Assembly: GCA_964016885.1 (NCBI GenBank)
Contig: OZ024741.1
Location: forward strand, 176,204,001 to 176,268,000
Length of the DNA: 64,000 nucleotides
From: Eledone cirrhosa
Lineage: Eukaryota
Direction of reading: 5' to 3'
Numbering within the stretch: position 1 is the first letter of the stretch; every line of letters starts with the position of its first letter. The translations under genes were made by a program, and so were the position numbers. Positions 14,064 through 27,254 of the stretch are shown piece after piece. A model generated the notes under the pieces. That model saw only the letters and a list, made by a program, of their open reading frames with translations, was not told where the DNA came from and made no database searches.

Positions 14064-14317
14064 TATGTGTATATGTATATATATATATATGCGTGTTTGT
14101 GTATTTATGTGTATGTGTATGTATATTTATGTGTATGTGTATGTATATTTATGTGTATATATACACATAAACATTTATGTGTATATGTGTATGTGTGTGT
14201 GTATGTGTGTGTGTGTGTGTTTATATACTTATATATTTATTATCTTTTTCTCTTCTTCCTTCAGCCTCTCCTTCATATTCCTTATATTTTTGTTTTCAAT
14301 AAAAATACCACGATTTC

Positions 14318-14375
14318 TTCATTCTGATGACTGAAAGCATGTTTGTTTGCTTTCAAGAAACCACTGGTACATGAA
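14318..14375 (+). ncRNA. Type I hammerhead ribozyme
   Basis: ttcatt-ctgatga-c-tgaaagca..tgctttca-a-gaa-acca c tggt-a-catgaa. Confidence 0.8.
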
Positions 14376-14466
14376 ATAATTATCTGATGTTGTTTATTAC
14401 ATAACTATTAAGCTCTGTAACCTACATAGAGCACTCTTTTTTCCTGGACCTTTCCGAAGGAATTAC

Positions 14467-14546
<80 letters not shown>

Positions 14547-15424
14547 CAAAAGCTGCTTTGATATCTCTGTAAGATATAGTGAATATATGTATATGAATAT
14601 GCATTTGTATATGTGTATATGCATTTGTTTACACACGTGTATTTGGACAGACAACATTCCCCACAAATCTGCAAATCATCAAACCACACAGTAAATTCAT
14701 ATTACCTTAAGACTAAACCAACCAACTGCCTTTGCAAAGTATATATGTTTCAGCGTCTGTGTTTGTGCGTGAGTGTGTGGTTCTTTATATAAGCATATTA
14801 TCATAGATACACCGATAGACCTGACAAAAAAAAATCGCCACTCGCACAACAACATTCTTTGATAATAGCCGTTCCATACACTGATAAATCACAGGATATA
14901 GAGAGAAAAAATTGTTCTTTGCTTCGCACTGTACTTCACAAAGGGATTTAAGATTTTTTTGTAAATGAAATATTATATGTGGATTTTATTTAACATTCCA
15001 CGATCGTGCTTGAAGTACTTCAAATATACAATAAATATCACGTTTTCTCCCAACGACCCGCTTTTATGTCAGTTAAGTGTTCACGAATATTTCATATTCG
15101 AACTGGCAAATATTGGTTAAATGAATTCTTTTATCCCTATAATTGGAAAAAATAAAACAAATAAAATTCTTTTGTCTCAACTGAATCATTCAGTATATTA
15201 TCTATCATAAAGAGCCATGACACGTCAATCTATATATGGTTGCATATATATTGATAGATATATGTCTTTTCACCTCATATTTTCTTTTTCATTTTTATCA
15301 TAATATGATCTTTCCTCACATCATTAGTGTTACGTATATGTGTCTATTTGTGTGTGCCATTGTAAAGGAAATAAAAACAACCACCCCACCCGGAATAAAT
15401 GATACATATGTATATATATAGTTT

Positions 15425-15770
15425 TAATATAGCAGAGATTCTACAGGACTAGAACTGTTTCATTCTTTAGAAATCATCAGGAATCTAGGTATCAAAAAAT
15501 AAATATGGTATTTATAGGTCTCTTCAGGTGGTAGGAGAGGGTAGGGAGTGGGATGGGTAGAGGTCATTGGTTGATAGAAAAGGGAATTAATTAAAAGCTA
15601 ATTCTTTAAAGCTATAATTTATATTTAGAGTGACAAAGGCAGAAAGAATTCTATAAACAAGTTCACCTGAAGAGACCTATAAATACCATATTTATTTTTT
15701 GATACCCAGATTCCTGATGATTTCTAAAGAATGAAACAGTTCTAGTCCTGTAGAATCTCATCTATATTAA
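15425..15770. mobile_element. Fold-back element with one HHR in each arm (15436-15486 minus; 15708-15758 plus)
   Basis: About 105-bp inverted arms; agattc-ctgatga-tttc taaa gaat-gaa-acag..ctgt-a-gaatct; truncated copy at 26692-26751. Confidence 0.85.
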
Positions 15771-15854
15771 CACTTTTATACTCTGCTATGTATTAAGTAC
15801 CTTAATTACTGTGGTTACCTCCGATTCAACCCGGAATAACGTATATATATCTAT

Positions 15855-16800
15855 CTAAGGCGGGTAAAATTCCCCAGATCCATGGACGAGTTCTCTCCAG
15901 CGGTCTCTGTCCCTCATTATCGCTGCCATATCCTGCATCTCCAACAGACCAGTGTCTGTCCTTAGGGCATCAACATATGTTAACCTTGGTCTTCCTCTTC
16001 TAGTGTGTCCATGTAGGGGCTCCCAAAGGAGCACTGAGTGCAATGTCAACTCTAGATGCCGGTGAGCATGTCCAGCCAACCTCAGTCTTCTCTGTGTCAC
16101 TTTTGAGCTGACTTTTGGGATGCTCCCATACAGCTCTGAGTTTTTCATCCTCAGTGTATACTGATTAATGTTCAGAGCCATCCTCAGCATTCTCGTGTAG
16201 CACCCATCCACCATCTGAGTGAGTCTCTTGGTCAGTGTCCAAGTCTCAGACCCATACAGCAGCACAAACTCCACTACAGCAATGAAGAGGCGGACCTTCA
16301 GGTCTCTACGAAGGTCCGACTTCCACACCGATCTCAAGCTGTGACACGCCGCCCAGGCCTTGCTCTTCCTCTCAACCACATCATCTTCCGCATTCCCAAT
16401 CTTTGCTCCCAAATACAGGAAGTCCTCAACCAATTCCAGCGGCTTCCCGCCTACATTAGTGATCACCTCTGGCTTCTCAATATTCTCTACCAGATATTTT
16501 GTTTTAGTCTCATTCATTCTCAGCCCCACACTCATCGACACAGTCTCAACCTCCCGCATCAAATCCTCTGCCTCCTTCACTGTATTTGTCACCAAAACTA
16601 TGTCGTCGGCAAATTCAGCATCCGATACATTTTTCGCCCCAACTCTCCTGCTCTGAGTCGGTGCTACAGTAAAGCCAGAGTCCTGGTGTTTCTCCAGTGC
16701 AAGGCGCATACAATAGTCCACTACGATGATAAAAAGGTAGGGAGCCAATGTATCTCCCTGGAGCACTCCAGCCAGAGAACAGAAGATCACCTGATGGGAT
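15855..16800 (-). mobile_element. 5'-truncated RTE-clade non-LTR retrotransposon (C-terminal RT region still open)
   Basis: GVLQGDTLAPYLF, EFADDIVL, FLYLG, LLYGSETW, RRLRLAGH, RGRPR, DRDRWR; microsatellite on both sides. Confidence 0.92.
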
Positions 16801-16964
16801 GACAGAGTTCTTTGAGATACGTATATATATATACATATATATATATATGTGTGTGTGTGTATGTGTGTGTGTGTATACATACATACACACACACCTATAT
16901 ATATGTATATATATATATATAATGTATATAAATGAACTCATAAAGAAGTATGTTTTTCAATTAA

Positions 16965-17170
16965 ATGGGGTGGAACCCACTATGGTGCAATGCATATAAG
17001 CTACAAAAAAATCGGAAGATACATAATAATCGGAAAAAGTGAATTAAAATGTACAAACCATTTCAATAACTATTAAACTCCTGTTATTTAAATGGTTAGT
17101 ACATTTTAATTCACTTTTTTCGTTTTTTTCGTAGATTATATGCATTGCACCATAGTGGTTTTGAACCCAC
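16965..17170. mobile_element. MITE-like fold-back
   Basis: ccactatggtgcaatgcatataa...aaaagtgaattaaaatgtac is mirrored by gtacattttaattcactttt...ttatatgcattgcaccatagtgg. Confidence 0.7.
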
Positions 17171-17199
17171 TTCTTTGTGTGCATATTTCTATATATTAT

Positions 17200-18115
17200 A
17201 CTAGCAGTAAAGGCCCGCGTTGCTCGGGGCTGCTCAGTAGCTGTTTTAAAGTTACAATGTTAAGTTCCTTTCTTGGTTTAAAAACTGTAGAGTCTACAGT
17301 GTAGACTTTCATGTGGTACTTTTGATTAATATTCTTGCAACCAACAGTATGCCTTATGAAGTTAAGAAAACATAACCTTAACCCGAATGTTAAAACAAAA
17401 GAGGATGCTGGTGATAAAAACTGCACTGGTAATCTATTAACAACTCGAAAACGTAAAGACTGCAACACTTGTCTCAGAGAAAAACATCAGCGTAACCAAA
17501 CTAGCAGTTATTTTGAAACAAAGAAATTGGATGGACATGAAAAAAAAAAAAGTGTTATCTCTCTGTCGTTTAAAATCATTGCATCAAAATGAAAATATCA
17601 TAATGCTTTATTCGAGATCAATGCTTTTTTGTACAAAATATTTGCTTGTTTTACGGTGTATTCAAATAGGCTTGTTTTCAAGTAAAAATATTGTTTTAAA
17701 AGGTTTTTTAATGGAAATGAAGAAAAATGGAAGCTTAATGTTGACATTTTGAACTCATGAATTTTGAAGGTTAAAATTTGGCTGGACCGAAAGTTGTTTG
17801 TATATTTTTGTACTTTTGCACGCGTCGTTTATACGTAACATAAATAGATAGACAGAATGACGACATAAAAGGTAAATAACACGTGTCTCATCTCTATTTA
17901 TACATTTGAACTGAAAAATCAATACATTACAAATTCGATTTTTGCACTTGGCGTGGGTCGATTTGAAAACTTTTTGACCGATGTCTCCGCAGGACATTCA
18001 TCTATAAGTGTAGCAATTTCACCGAAATTTGAACGTACGGTTTAGGAGGAGATGTGTGCCGACCGTTTTAGTAGACAGACAGTCAGACAGACAACCTCAG
18101 TTTTATATATATATA
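17200..18115 (-). mobile_element. Non-autonomous Helitron sharing both ends with the large Helitron
   Basis: On the minus strand it ends gcccc..gggc hairpin + CTAG|T; 17200-17550 matches 25880-26228 and 17870-18115 matches 18380-18660 in inverted orientation. Confidence 0.85.
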
Positions 18116-18228
18116 TTGTAAATAGCTCAGTTTTTATACTTTGAGCTCACTAATCACAGGGTATTAACGCGAGTTTTTAACTCCGGCTTTTCATTGTATA
18201 TACACAGACACACACATACACACACATA

Positions 18229-18265
<37 letters not shown>

Positions 18266-18398
18266 TATGCATCATTTATTGCGCGTGGGGTAGGTGTTTT
18301 TATTTCCTCAAGGCTACAATGGCATACAAATAGACACATATACGTAACGCTAATGATGTGAGAAAAGGTCATCCATATATATATATATAAAACTGAGG

Positions 18399-18449
<51 letters not shown>

Positions 18450-19770
18450 CTAAAACTGTCGGCACACATCACCTCCTAAACAGTACGTTCAAATTTCGGT
18501 GGAATTGCTACACTTATAGATGAAGGTTCGGCGGAGACATCGTTTTAAAACATTTTCAAATCAACCCACGCCAAGTGCAAAAATTGAATTTGTAATAATA
18601 TTGATTTTTCAGTTCAAATGTATAAACAGAGATGAGGGATGAGTTATTTCCCTTTTATGGAACGCACAGACGATAACACATTTCCACAACTCGCAGACGA
18701 TTAGACATTTCGATTCTTGTCAGTATAAGTAGATGCCATTCAAATTGAATTTCAATTATTGGTTCCATTTGTTTAGTATCTTCATTTGCACTGTACTACC
18801 TTTGTATGCTACAAAGCGTTAAAAAGTCAGCGACCTCATTACTTGGTAAGTTAAACCTTCCCTATTAAACGTTTGGATTATTTTCAATTGTTGTTTGATT
18901 TTGCTATGGCGTTGGCGGTTAGGCCTTCTACTTAAATTAATTTTACGGTCTTATAAGGCTAAATTTACTTTAATTTCCTTTTATCTTGAAGGAATTATGG
19001 AGGGATTGTTTATTTTAGGATTCATGTATATGCCGGGTGGGGGTGGGTGGGTGCAACAGTAGGTATGCAGTTAATTACTATTGACGGTTGGCCAGCACAA
19101 AAGTTTTGCTCAAACTAAAATAGCAAATTCAAGTCAATCTGAGTAATTTCAATCCAAATAAGAAGTCAGATTATTTCCACCATGTCCCATTTTTGTGCAT
19201 TTCGGCTCGACATACAGGGCGACCTAAAAACCCTACTGGCTCTTTAATCAGCTTTAGCTCAGTATCCATGCAAGTGATTTTCACACTTAGACACTTTTTT
19301 ACCGTAGCCGTAACTATTTCGTATCCATTTCTGTAAAATTATAATCGGTTAAGAAATGCACTCAAAATCTGATAAAAAGTTACATAAAAAGAAATCAAGC
19401 AATTTTTTAAGCTGCGATGTTTTTAATGTACGGCTCCAAGTAACTCCTAATTACCATAACCGATTTTATTGATATATAGATGTTATGCCTTATGTGCAAT
19501 TTTGATTTCTCTAAAAAGTTTAAATTTCCTTTGAATCATTGTTATCACTGAATTATAACAAATTTAAAGAACGGCAGTGCCAACATTATTGGTTACCCTG
19601 CATGCTCATGTAAAGATCACTTTGTAAATAATGCATCTATGACATTTTCTAGGATTTTGGATGCATTTCTCATCAGACGAATTGATTTGCAAAATTGAAT
19701 GATTCGCAAAACTCATTTTTTCGCGTTGTTTTATATTTAAGATACATTTGTCGGATTCCTTTGTCATATC

Positions 19771-22700
19771 GTGCTCGCCACCTTGATGCCTAAAAAGAAG
19801 ATGCCCTTATTACGACTGACGCGGTCACAGATAACGAAAAGAAGGAGGAAGATTGAGTCGTCGTCGAGTATTAGACAGCCTCAAATTGTGGGGTGTTCAG
19901 TGAATGCGACAGCTCTGTCTATCGATGAGCATTGCTTGAGTCGACGGGCCAGAAATTCTGCTTCCATTGTATCTTCACATGCAGCTGAGAATGATGACGA
20001 GTGTTTATTTCGACGCACCAGAAATGCCTCTTCAACTGCATGCTCACATGCTGCAGTGAATAAGGAGGAACGTCAAACTCGGCTTGCAAGAAATTCAAAG
20101 GCAAAAGCAGCTGCGCGAGCTGCAGAGATGATGTTGAACGTAAACTTCGTCAGAGCAGAGACGCGGCTGCTACGGCAGCTGCGCGAGCTGCAGAGAATGA
20201 TGTTGAACGTGATCTTCGTCAGACCAGAGACGCGGCAGCTATGGCAGCTGCGTGAGCTGCAGAGAATGATGTTGAACGTGATCTTCGTCAGACCAGATAC
20301 GCGGCTGCTACGGCAGCTGCGTGAGCTGCAGAGAATGATGTTGAACGTGATCTTCGTCAGACCAGATACGCGGCAGCTATGGCAGCTGCGCGAGCTGCAG
20401 AGAATGATGTTGAACGTGATCTTCGTCAGACCAGAGACGCGGCAGCTATGGCAGCTGCGTGAGCTGCAGAGAATGATGTTGAACGTGATCTTCGTCAGAC
20501 CAGATACGCGGCTGCTACGGCAGCTGCGTGAGCTGCAGAGAATGATGTTGAACGTGATCTTCGTCAGACCAGATACGCGGCAGCTATGGCAGCTGCGCGA
20601 GCTGCAGAGAATGATGTTGAACGTGATCTTCGTCAGACCAGAGACACAGCTGCTACGGCAGCTGCGTGAGCTGCAGAGAATGATGTTGAACGTGATCTTC
20701 GTCAGACCAGAGACGCGGCAGCTACTGCAACTGCGTGAGCTGCAGAGAATGATGTTGAACGTGATCTTCGTCAGACCAGAGACGCGGCAGCTATGGCAGC
20801 TGCGTGAGCTGCAGAGAATGATGTTGAACGTGATCTTCGTCAGAGCAGAGACGCGGCAGCTACTGCAGCTGCGTGAGCTGCAGAGAATGATGTTGAACGT
20901 GATCTTCGTCAGACCAGATACGCGGCAGCTATGGCAGCTGCGTGAGCTGCAGAGAATGATGTTGAACGTGATCTTCGTCAGAGCAGAGACGCGGCAGCTA
21001 CTTCAGCTGCGCGAGAAGCGGAGACTTCCTGCTATCCGAACTATTCGACTGGGGTGGGATGGGGGTGTTTTAGTATAAAACCAATAACCGGGGTATTTAG
21101 AGGGCTGCGAAATCACAATGGTCATTGAAGGCTTTCAATTATGTCCCCGCGAATAATTATGCTACACACCCTCATATTCAAATCGGCGCATGTCTGAGAT
21201 TTGCCAGTTTAGCAAAGCCAAAATGTCGCCGGGTGAACGAGCCGGAATGTGCTGCTCTAATGGTAAGGTCAACTTGCACCCTCCTAACGATCCACCTCAG
21301 CCTTTGAGGCTTCTTCTAACAGGCACCCATTTACTGTCAAGAGGTTTCCTTCAAGATATTCGACATTACAATTGTGTCTTCCAAATGACATCTTTTGGAT
21401 CGAGTTATGAGTATGAAGGAGGATTTATGCCCACTTTCAAAGTACAAGGTCAGGTTTATCATCTTATCGGATCGCTGCAGCCTGTAGATAATAAAGAGCC
21501 CCAATTTCCTCAGGTCTACTTCATGCCCAACTGTCTTGAGCAAGCTACAAGGCGAAATACATTTGCCTTCCCAAAATAAAAAACTCAAACTCAATTGACT
21601 GTCCACAAGCAACAAGGAAATATTCAATTGCTTCTAACACTAGACTGGAGCTCCTTTTAGAACTTCACGACATGCTTCATAGTCATAACAGCTACGTTCA
21701 GAGCTTCAAATACGCGTTAGAAATAGCTCCTGTGGACAATTACTATGTCGTCATTGATGCTAACAAGAGGCCATCTGGAGAACATACAAGCCGCTATAAT
21801 TCACCTTCTTTCAATGAGATTGCAATACTTCTCGCTGGTGATCAGCACAACTAACGTGACATTGTTATCAAGTATAGCGCCCACGGAGATCAACGGATCA
21901 GTGAAACACACAGATCATACGACACACTCCAATACCCGCTGCTTTTTGGATATGGAGAGGACGGATACCATTTTGGCATTCCATAATGTAAATCTACCAA
22001 TTCAGAGGTTCATTCCACTAAAACAGTTTCATGCAAGGACTTCTATGCCTCCGATTCATGATCCGAGATGACTGTTTTAGTCACCTCCATCGCTCTAAAG
22101 ACTTTTTCAACCAGTCTGCAACTGACATGTGTGAAATAATGGAATGTGAGAGATTGTGCTTTATCAAACTCAATAAAAAAAGTTGCGTTGTGACAGTTAC
22201 ATATACCTTCGTGATAGAATGAACAATGATGCGGATACTGAGAGTCTTGGAAAAGTATACATTCTGCCATCTACCTTCACGCGAAGCCCTCGATATATGG
22301 ACGCCATGACCACTGTCCGACATTACGGCAGGCCAGACTTATTTATAACTTTTACTTGTAACCCCAATTAGAAGGAGATTGAGGGCGAACACCTTCCTGG
22401 TCAGAACGCCACACGCCGACATGATCTCGCGGCTAGAGTATTCCGTCTTAAGTTGTTACTTAAGCTTATGGATCTTATCAAATTAGGTGAGGGTTTCGGA
22501 CCAGTTCAATGTGAAATGTACACAATCGAATGGAAAAAGGCCTCCCCCATGCTCATATTCTTATTTGGCTGACAACAAATATTGACAGGATCATCTCTGC
22601 AGAATTACCCGATCCTTTCACTGACAAGGACTTGTACATGAAAGTTAGGACACATATGGTGCATGGACAATGTGGGCCTGGCTTTAAAACTGATTTACCA

Positions 22701-25260
22701 TGCGTTATAGGCAATAAAAGATGCACTAAAAAAATTCTAAGTAAATTTATTCGCGATACTATGATTGGCAATGATGGCTACCCATTATATAGACGTAGGT
22801 GACGTGAAGAGGGAGGTTTTACGGCAAGGGTTAAGAATGGCGAGGTTGATAACCGATGGACCATTCCCTATTGCCCACTCCTGCTCAGTACTTTCAACGC
22901 ACACATTAATGTTGAATTCTGCAGCTCCGTCAAGTGCATCAAATACATATGTAAGTATGTTGATAAGGGTTCTGACGCTGCTTCGTTCGGTATACTAAAC
23001 GAAAACAATAGAAACGAAGTAACGCAATTCCAAGTAGGGCGCTACATAAGTAGTAGCGAGGCCTTTTGGCGAATCTTCGCTTTTCCAATACATGATAGGC
23101 ACCCTTCAATTGTAAAATTAGATGCACACATAGAACACCGTCAACGGATGTACTATACCAACACAGATTCCGCTGAATTGGCACAGACCCTAAGGGAGAC
23201 AACTTTAAATGGATTTTTCAAACTGTGCGAATACTATGACTTCGCAAAATCATTGCTGTATCCGCAGGTGCCAGCATATTACACATGGAATAAAAAAATA
23301 TGCAGTCGCAGAAAGACTGGCCAACCAGTTATTGGAGTTCCCGGGATTAAATACATTAATTGCTTTGGGCGAGTGTATACGATTCATCCAAATCAACACG
23401 AGTGCTTCTATCTTCGAATGCTACTGCATGAGGTCAAAGGACCGACCAGTTTTCAGGACCTCAGAACTTACGGTAATCGTGTTTGGTCTACATACACAGA
23501 TGCCTGTTTGGCTCGTGGAATGCTTGAAGATGACACACGATGGGTTGCAACCTTGGCGGAGATCGCTTCATCACACTCAGCTGGAAGTCTACGAGAGCTC
23601 TTTGCAAAGCTTCTTCACTTCTGCAACATTTGTGATCTCTACACATTATGGTTGAAGTTTCGGATCCAACTGTCTGAGGACTTCCTGCACCAGGCTCAAA
23701 TACTACTTCCTGACAAAGAAGTAGATTTCAGTGATGATTTATACAATAAATGGCTTATAGACATAGCAGACAGGATTTTTCTTGTCGGTGGGAATGTCTT
23801 GCCAGCATACGGTCTGCTCCAAACCAACCGTACTGTTTCTAATAAAATTCCAACTCTCATCACCAAGAAACATCTTATGATGTCGACACTCTAGCTAGAT
23901 ATGTGTTTGAAATGGAACCAAAACTACTTCCAGATCAGCAAGTTGCATACAACACTATCATCGACTATATATTTCATCAATTGGGTGGTATCTTCTTTCT
24001 TGATGCCCCTGGAGGCACTGCAAAAAGCTTTGTTACTAAACTTCTTGCCAAGACAGAATGAAGTTATTGCAATAGCCGTTGCATCATCCCCCATTGCAGC
24101 TACACTACTTCCTGGCGGCAGAACAGAACACTCTACCTTTAAGCTTCCGCTTAACTTAGTATCAGCTGCAACACCGCTCTGTGACATCACCAAGGATAGT
24201 CCGAGAGCATAACTGCTACGACGGTGCCAACTGATTGTGTGGGATGAATGCACCATGGCTCACAAAGGAGCTATTGAGGCCTTAGATAGAACACTGAAAT
24301 ACATTAGAGACCGTCAGGAGACCATGGGGGGGGGGTGTAACTCTTTAGCATTCAGGGGACTTTCGACAAACTTTGCCGGTTATTCCAAAGGGTACCAGAG
24401 CGGATCAAGTTCGGGCCTGCCTGAAGTCTTCTCCATTGTGGCAACAGGTAACAACACTTCGTCTGACCACTAACATGCGTGTTCAAATGCATGGCGATAC
24501 TGTGTCTGAAACATTTGCTGAATACCTTCTCATTCTTGTCGACGGCAACGTACCTCCAGATGTGCATGGAGACATTGTACTCGACAATACATGCTGTCGA
24601 AGATCTCAAGGCAGCCGTTTTCCCCAACTTGGCAGATAATTACCGCAATCATACATGGTTGTGTGAGAGCGCTATATTAGCTCCTACAAATGTCACTGTC
24701 TCCGCCATTAATCACCAAATGCTTGAAAGTCTTCCTGGAAATGATAAGACTTTTAAGTGTATTGATACCAATGTTGATCCATATGATGCGGTCAATTATC
24801 CCATTTAATTCCTCAATTCATTGGATATTCCCGGTCTGCCTCAACATATTTTTTCTCTCAAGGAAGGATGTCCAGTTATACTTCTCAAGAATATAACCCC
24901 TCCCAAGCTTAGCAATGGTACACGCCTTGTCAATAGGATGTCACAGCACATTATTTATGCTACGATTATGTCGAGGTGTGGAAAAGGAGAATATGTTTTA
25001 ATACCTACAGTAACTCTTACTACATCAGGAGTGGATGCACCCTATTCTTCTAAAGGAACTCAATTTCCCCTTCGTGCTGCCTTTGCTATGTCCATCAACA
25101 AGTCCCAGTGTTAAACTTTATCTGTGACAGGACTTTAACTGGAGGAGCCAGGTTTTTCTCATGGAAAATTCTACGTTGGATGTTCTCGAGTTGGCAGCCG
25201 GAACAACCTCTTTGCTTTTGCTCTAAACGGAAAAACAAAGAATATTGTATACCGTTAGGT
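19771..25260 (+). pseudogene. Helitron RepHel (Zn-finger-like region, HUH Rep, Pif1 helicase), multiple stops and frameshifts
   Basis: GMCCSNGKV, FKVQGQVYH, YGRPDLFITFTCNP, GLPHAHILIWL, IKYICKY, ECFYLRMLL, WDECTM, GDFRQTLP, LSNGTRL, QFPLRAAFAMSINKSQ. Confidence 0.92.
20107..21012 (+). repeat. 60-bp coding-type minisatellite (about 15 units) in the Helitron N-terminal region
   Basis: Unit gcagctgcgtgagctgcagagaatgatgttgaacgtgatcttcgtcagaccagagacgcggcagctatg-type; open in more than one frame. Confidence 0.95.
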
Positions 25261-26626
25261 TTTATAGTTTTTTTTTTGTTCAAAACGGCAATGTTACATC
25301 GACTGCCTTAAATATATAGCGTCAACAAAACCTGTATTCAACTTCGATGCAGTGCATTCTATTGACACCTAGGCCTCTATGGACCAGCATTGCTCGCAAA
25401 TCAAAGCGGACTCTGAAATCGATGCTTTCGATTGTTAAGAATATCCCTCCAGTCGCTGACAAGTCCGGCGTTTAATACATAGACACACACAACTTGGCGC
25501 ATACATACACAGATTGGTCCCGTCATTTCTTTCATTGTTTCAATATGTATTCCGACCTAGACAACACGCAACAACAGCATTTCTGGAGCGTCGAAGTAAA
25601 CTTTCGTCGTGTTTCTCAATTGCATGTGAAGATGCAATGGAATCAGCATTTCTGTTTTGTTGATTTCAGCGATTCTTTTTGGTGAATATGGCTTTTGCTG
25701 CAGCTGTCCATTTCGCATGCTGTGGCTGTCTATAATCCGTCAAACTCACCATGGGTATGTTATGAGCTCTTCATAGTTTATACTTAAACATCTACGTTAT
25801 TACATTGACACTATTTTTTTTATCACAGGTGCGAAAATCTTTGATGTTACCTGCCCCCTCGAGTTCGGATAACGCATCTTTCTTTTTCTTTTTCATGTCC
25901 ATCCAATTTCTTTTTTTCAAAATAACTGATAGTTTGGTTACGCTGATGTTTTTCTCTGACACAAGTGTTGCAGTCTTTATGTTTTCGATTTGTTAATTGA
26001 TTACTAGTGCAGTTTTTATCCCGAGCATCCTCTTTTCTTTTAACATTCGGGTTATGGTTATGTTTTCTTAACTTCATAACGCATACCCTTGGTTGAGGGA
26101 ATATTAATCAAATGTACCACATGAAAGTCTTCACTGTAGACTCTACAGTTTTTAAACCAAGAAATGAACTTAACATTGTAACTTTAACACAGCTACTGAG
26201 CAACCCCGAGCAACGCCGGGCTTTACTGATAAAAATGATAAAGAAAATATGAGGTGAAATAAATACACCTATCAATATATATACACGGGTATATAGATTG
26301 ACGATATATAGTTATATATATATATCTAAAAAAAAAATGTTATCGCTCTACATGGCTGAATACAATTATGCAAACAAGCACCTTTGAAGCCATGTCAGTA
26401 GAATGAGCCCCTTAATCTTGCTCTTGTGTTGGCATGTAAACAGAACTGCAACACCAATGTTTATGGGTGATTACCCATCATCAATGTAGTTCACTGTTGA
26501 CCTGCTAACTGTCAGAGCTAGTGAAAATATATGATATTTTCTAAAATATTCAGTGCAAATCACGCCGATCAGAATTTCAAACGAATCGAATACTATTATT
26601 AATATTCGAAAAATTCAGATTACATT

Positions 26627-26694
<68 letters not shown>

Positions 26695-26774
26695 TTAATA
26701 TAGATGAGATTCTACAGGACTAGAACTGTTTCATTCTTTAGAAATCATCAGAAATATATATATATATTTATTTA

Positions 26775-27254
26775 TTTATTAAAATAACAGATATTAAAGT
26801 TTAAGCAAAGAATCGCTGGTTTCACCCTTAACGGGATCTTCTGAAACTAACAAAGTCAATCTGTGAACGCAGTAGTGAGTATTTCAAAAAACGTTGCAAC
26901 CGAGTGTTTTCGCGTATGCTTGTGTATGTACGTATATGGATCCGTGTATGTATTTATTTAATTTCATTTAACTCTGTATTTTATTTACTTTATTCTTAAC
27001 TCTGAAGTGGAGATTCATTCGGTTTCCTAGTTAGAATTTTAGTCTACGACTTCAGCTATACCATTTACTTGTTTTTGTCCTTATGTGCAATTGTTCTCTC
27101 CGCTCCACATATGACGTATTATCTTCATTTTTTCCGTTCATTGCCAGAGAACGTCTCTAAGTACCACCTAATAGAATATTAGTCTGCGACTTCTTTTATA
27201 CCATAAACGTGGTTTTGTCTTTGCGTGTAATTGTTTTTCACCGCTCCAAATAAT
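26775..27254. mobile_element. Repeat family copy with internal inversion and HHR-like motif (26799-26848, minus); paralog at 63327-63880
   Basis: 26775-26902 is collinear with 63327-63452; 26903-27254 is inverted relative to 63530-63880. Confidence 0.8.

Larger units (their letters stand above)
18372..26228 (+). mobile_element. Decayed autonomous Helitron (rolling-circle transposon)
   Basis: 5' A|TC start, Rep/Pif1 helicase coding remnants, 3' subterminal ccccg..cggg hairpin; boundaries confirmed by an empty-site paralog at 15222-15410. Confidence 0.93.

Noticed and set aside
19771-21078. 435-aa ORF as a novel repeat protein gene
   Set aside because: Lies inside the Helitron and appears to be an out-of-frame reading of its N-terminal repeat
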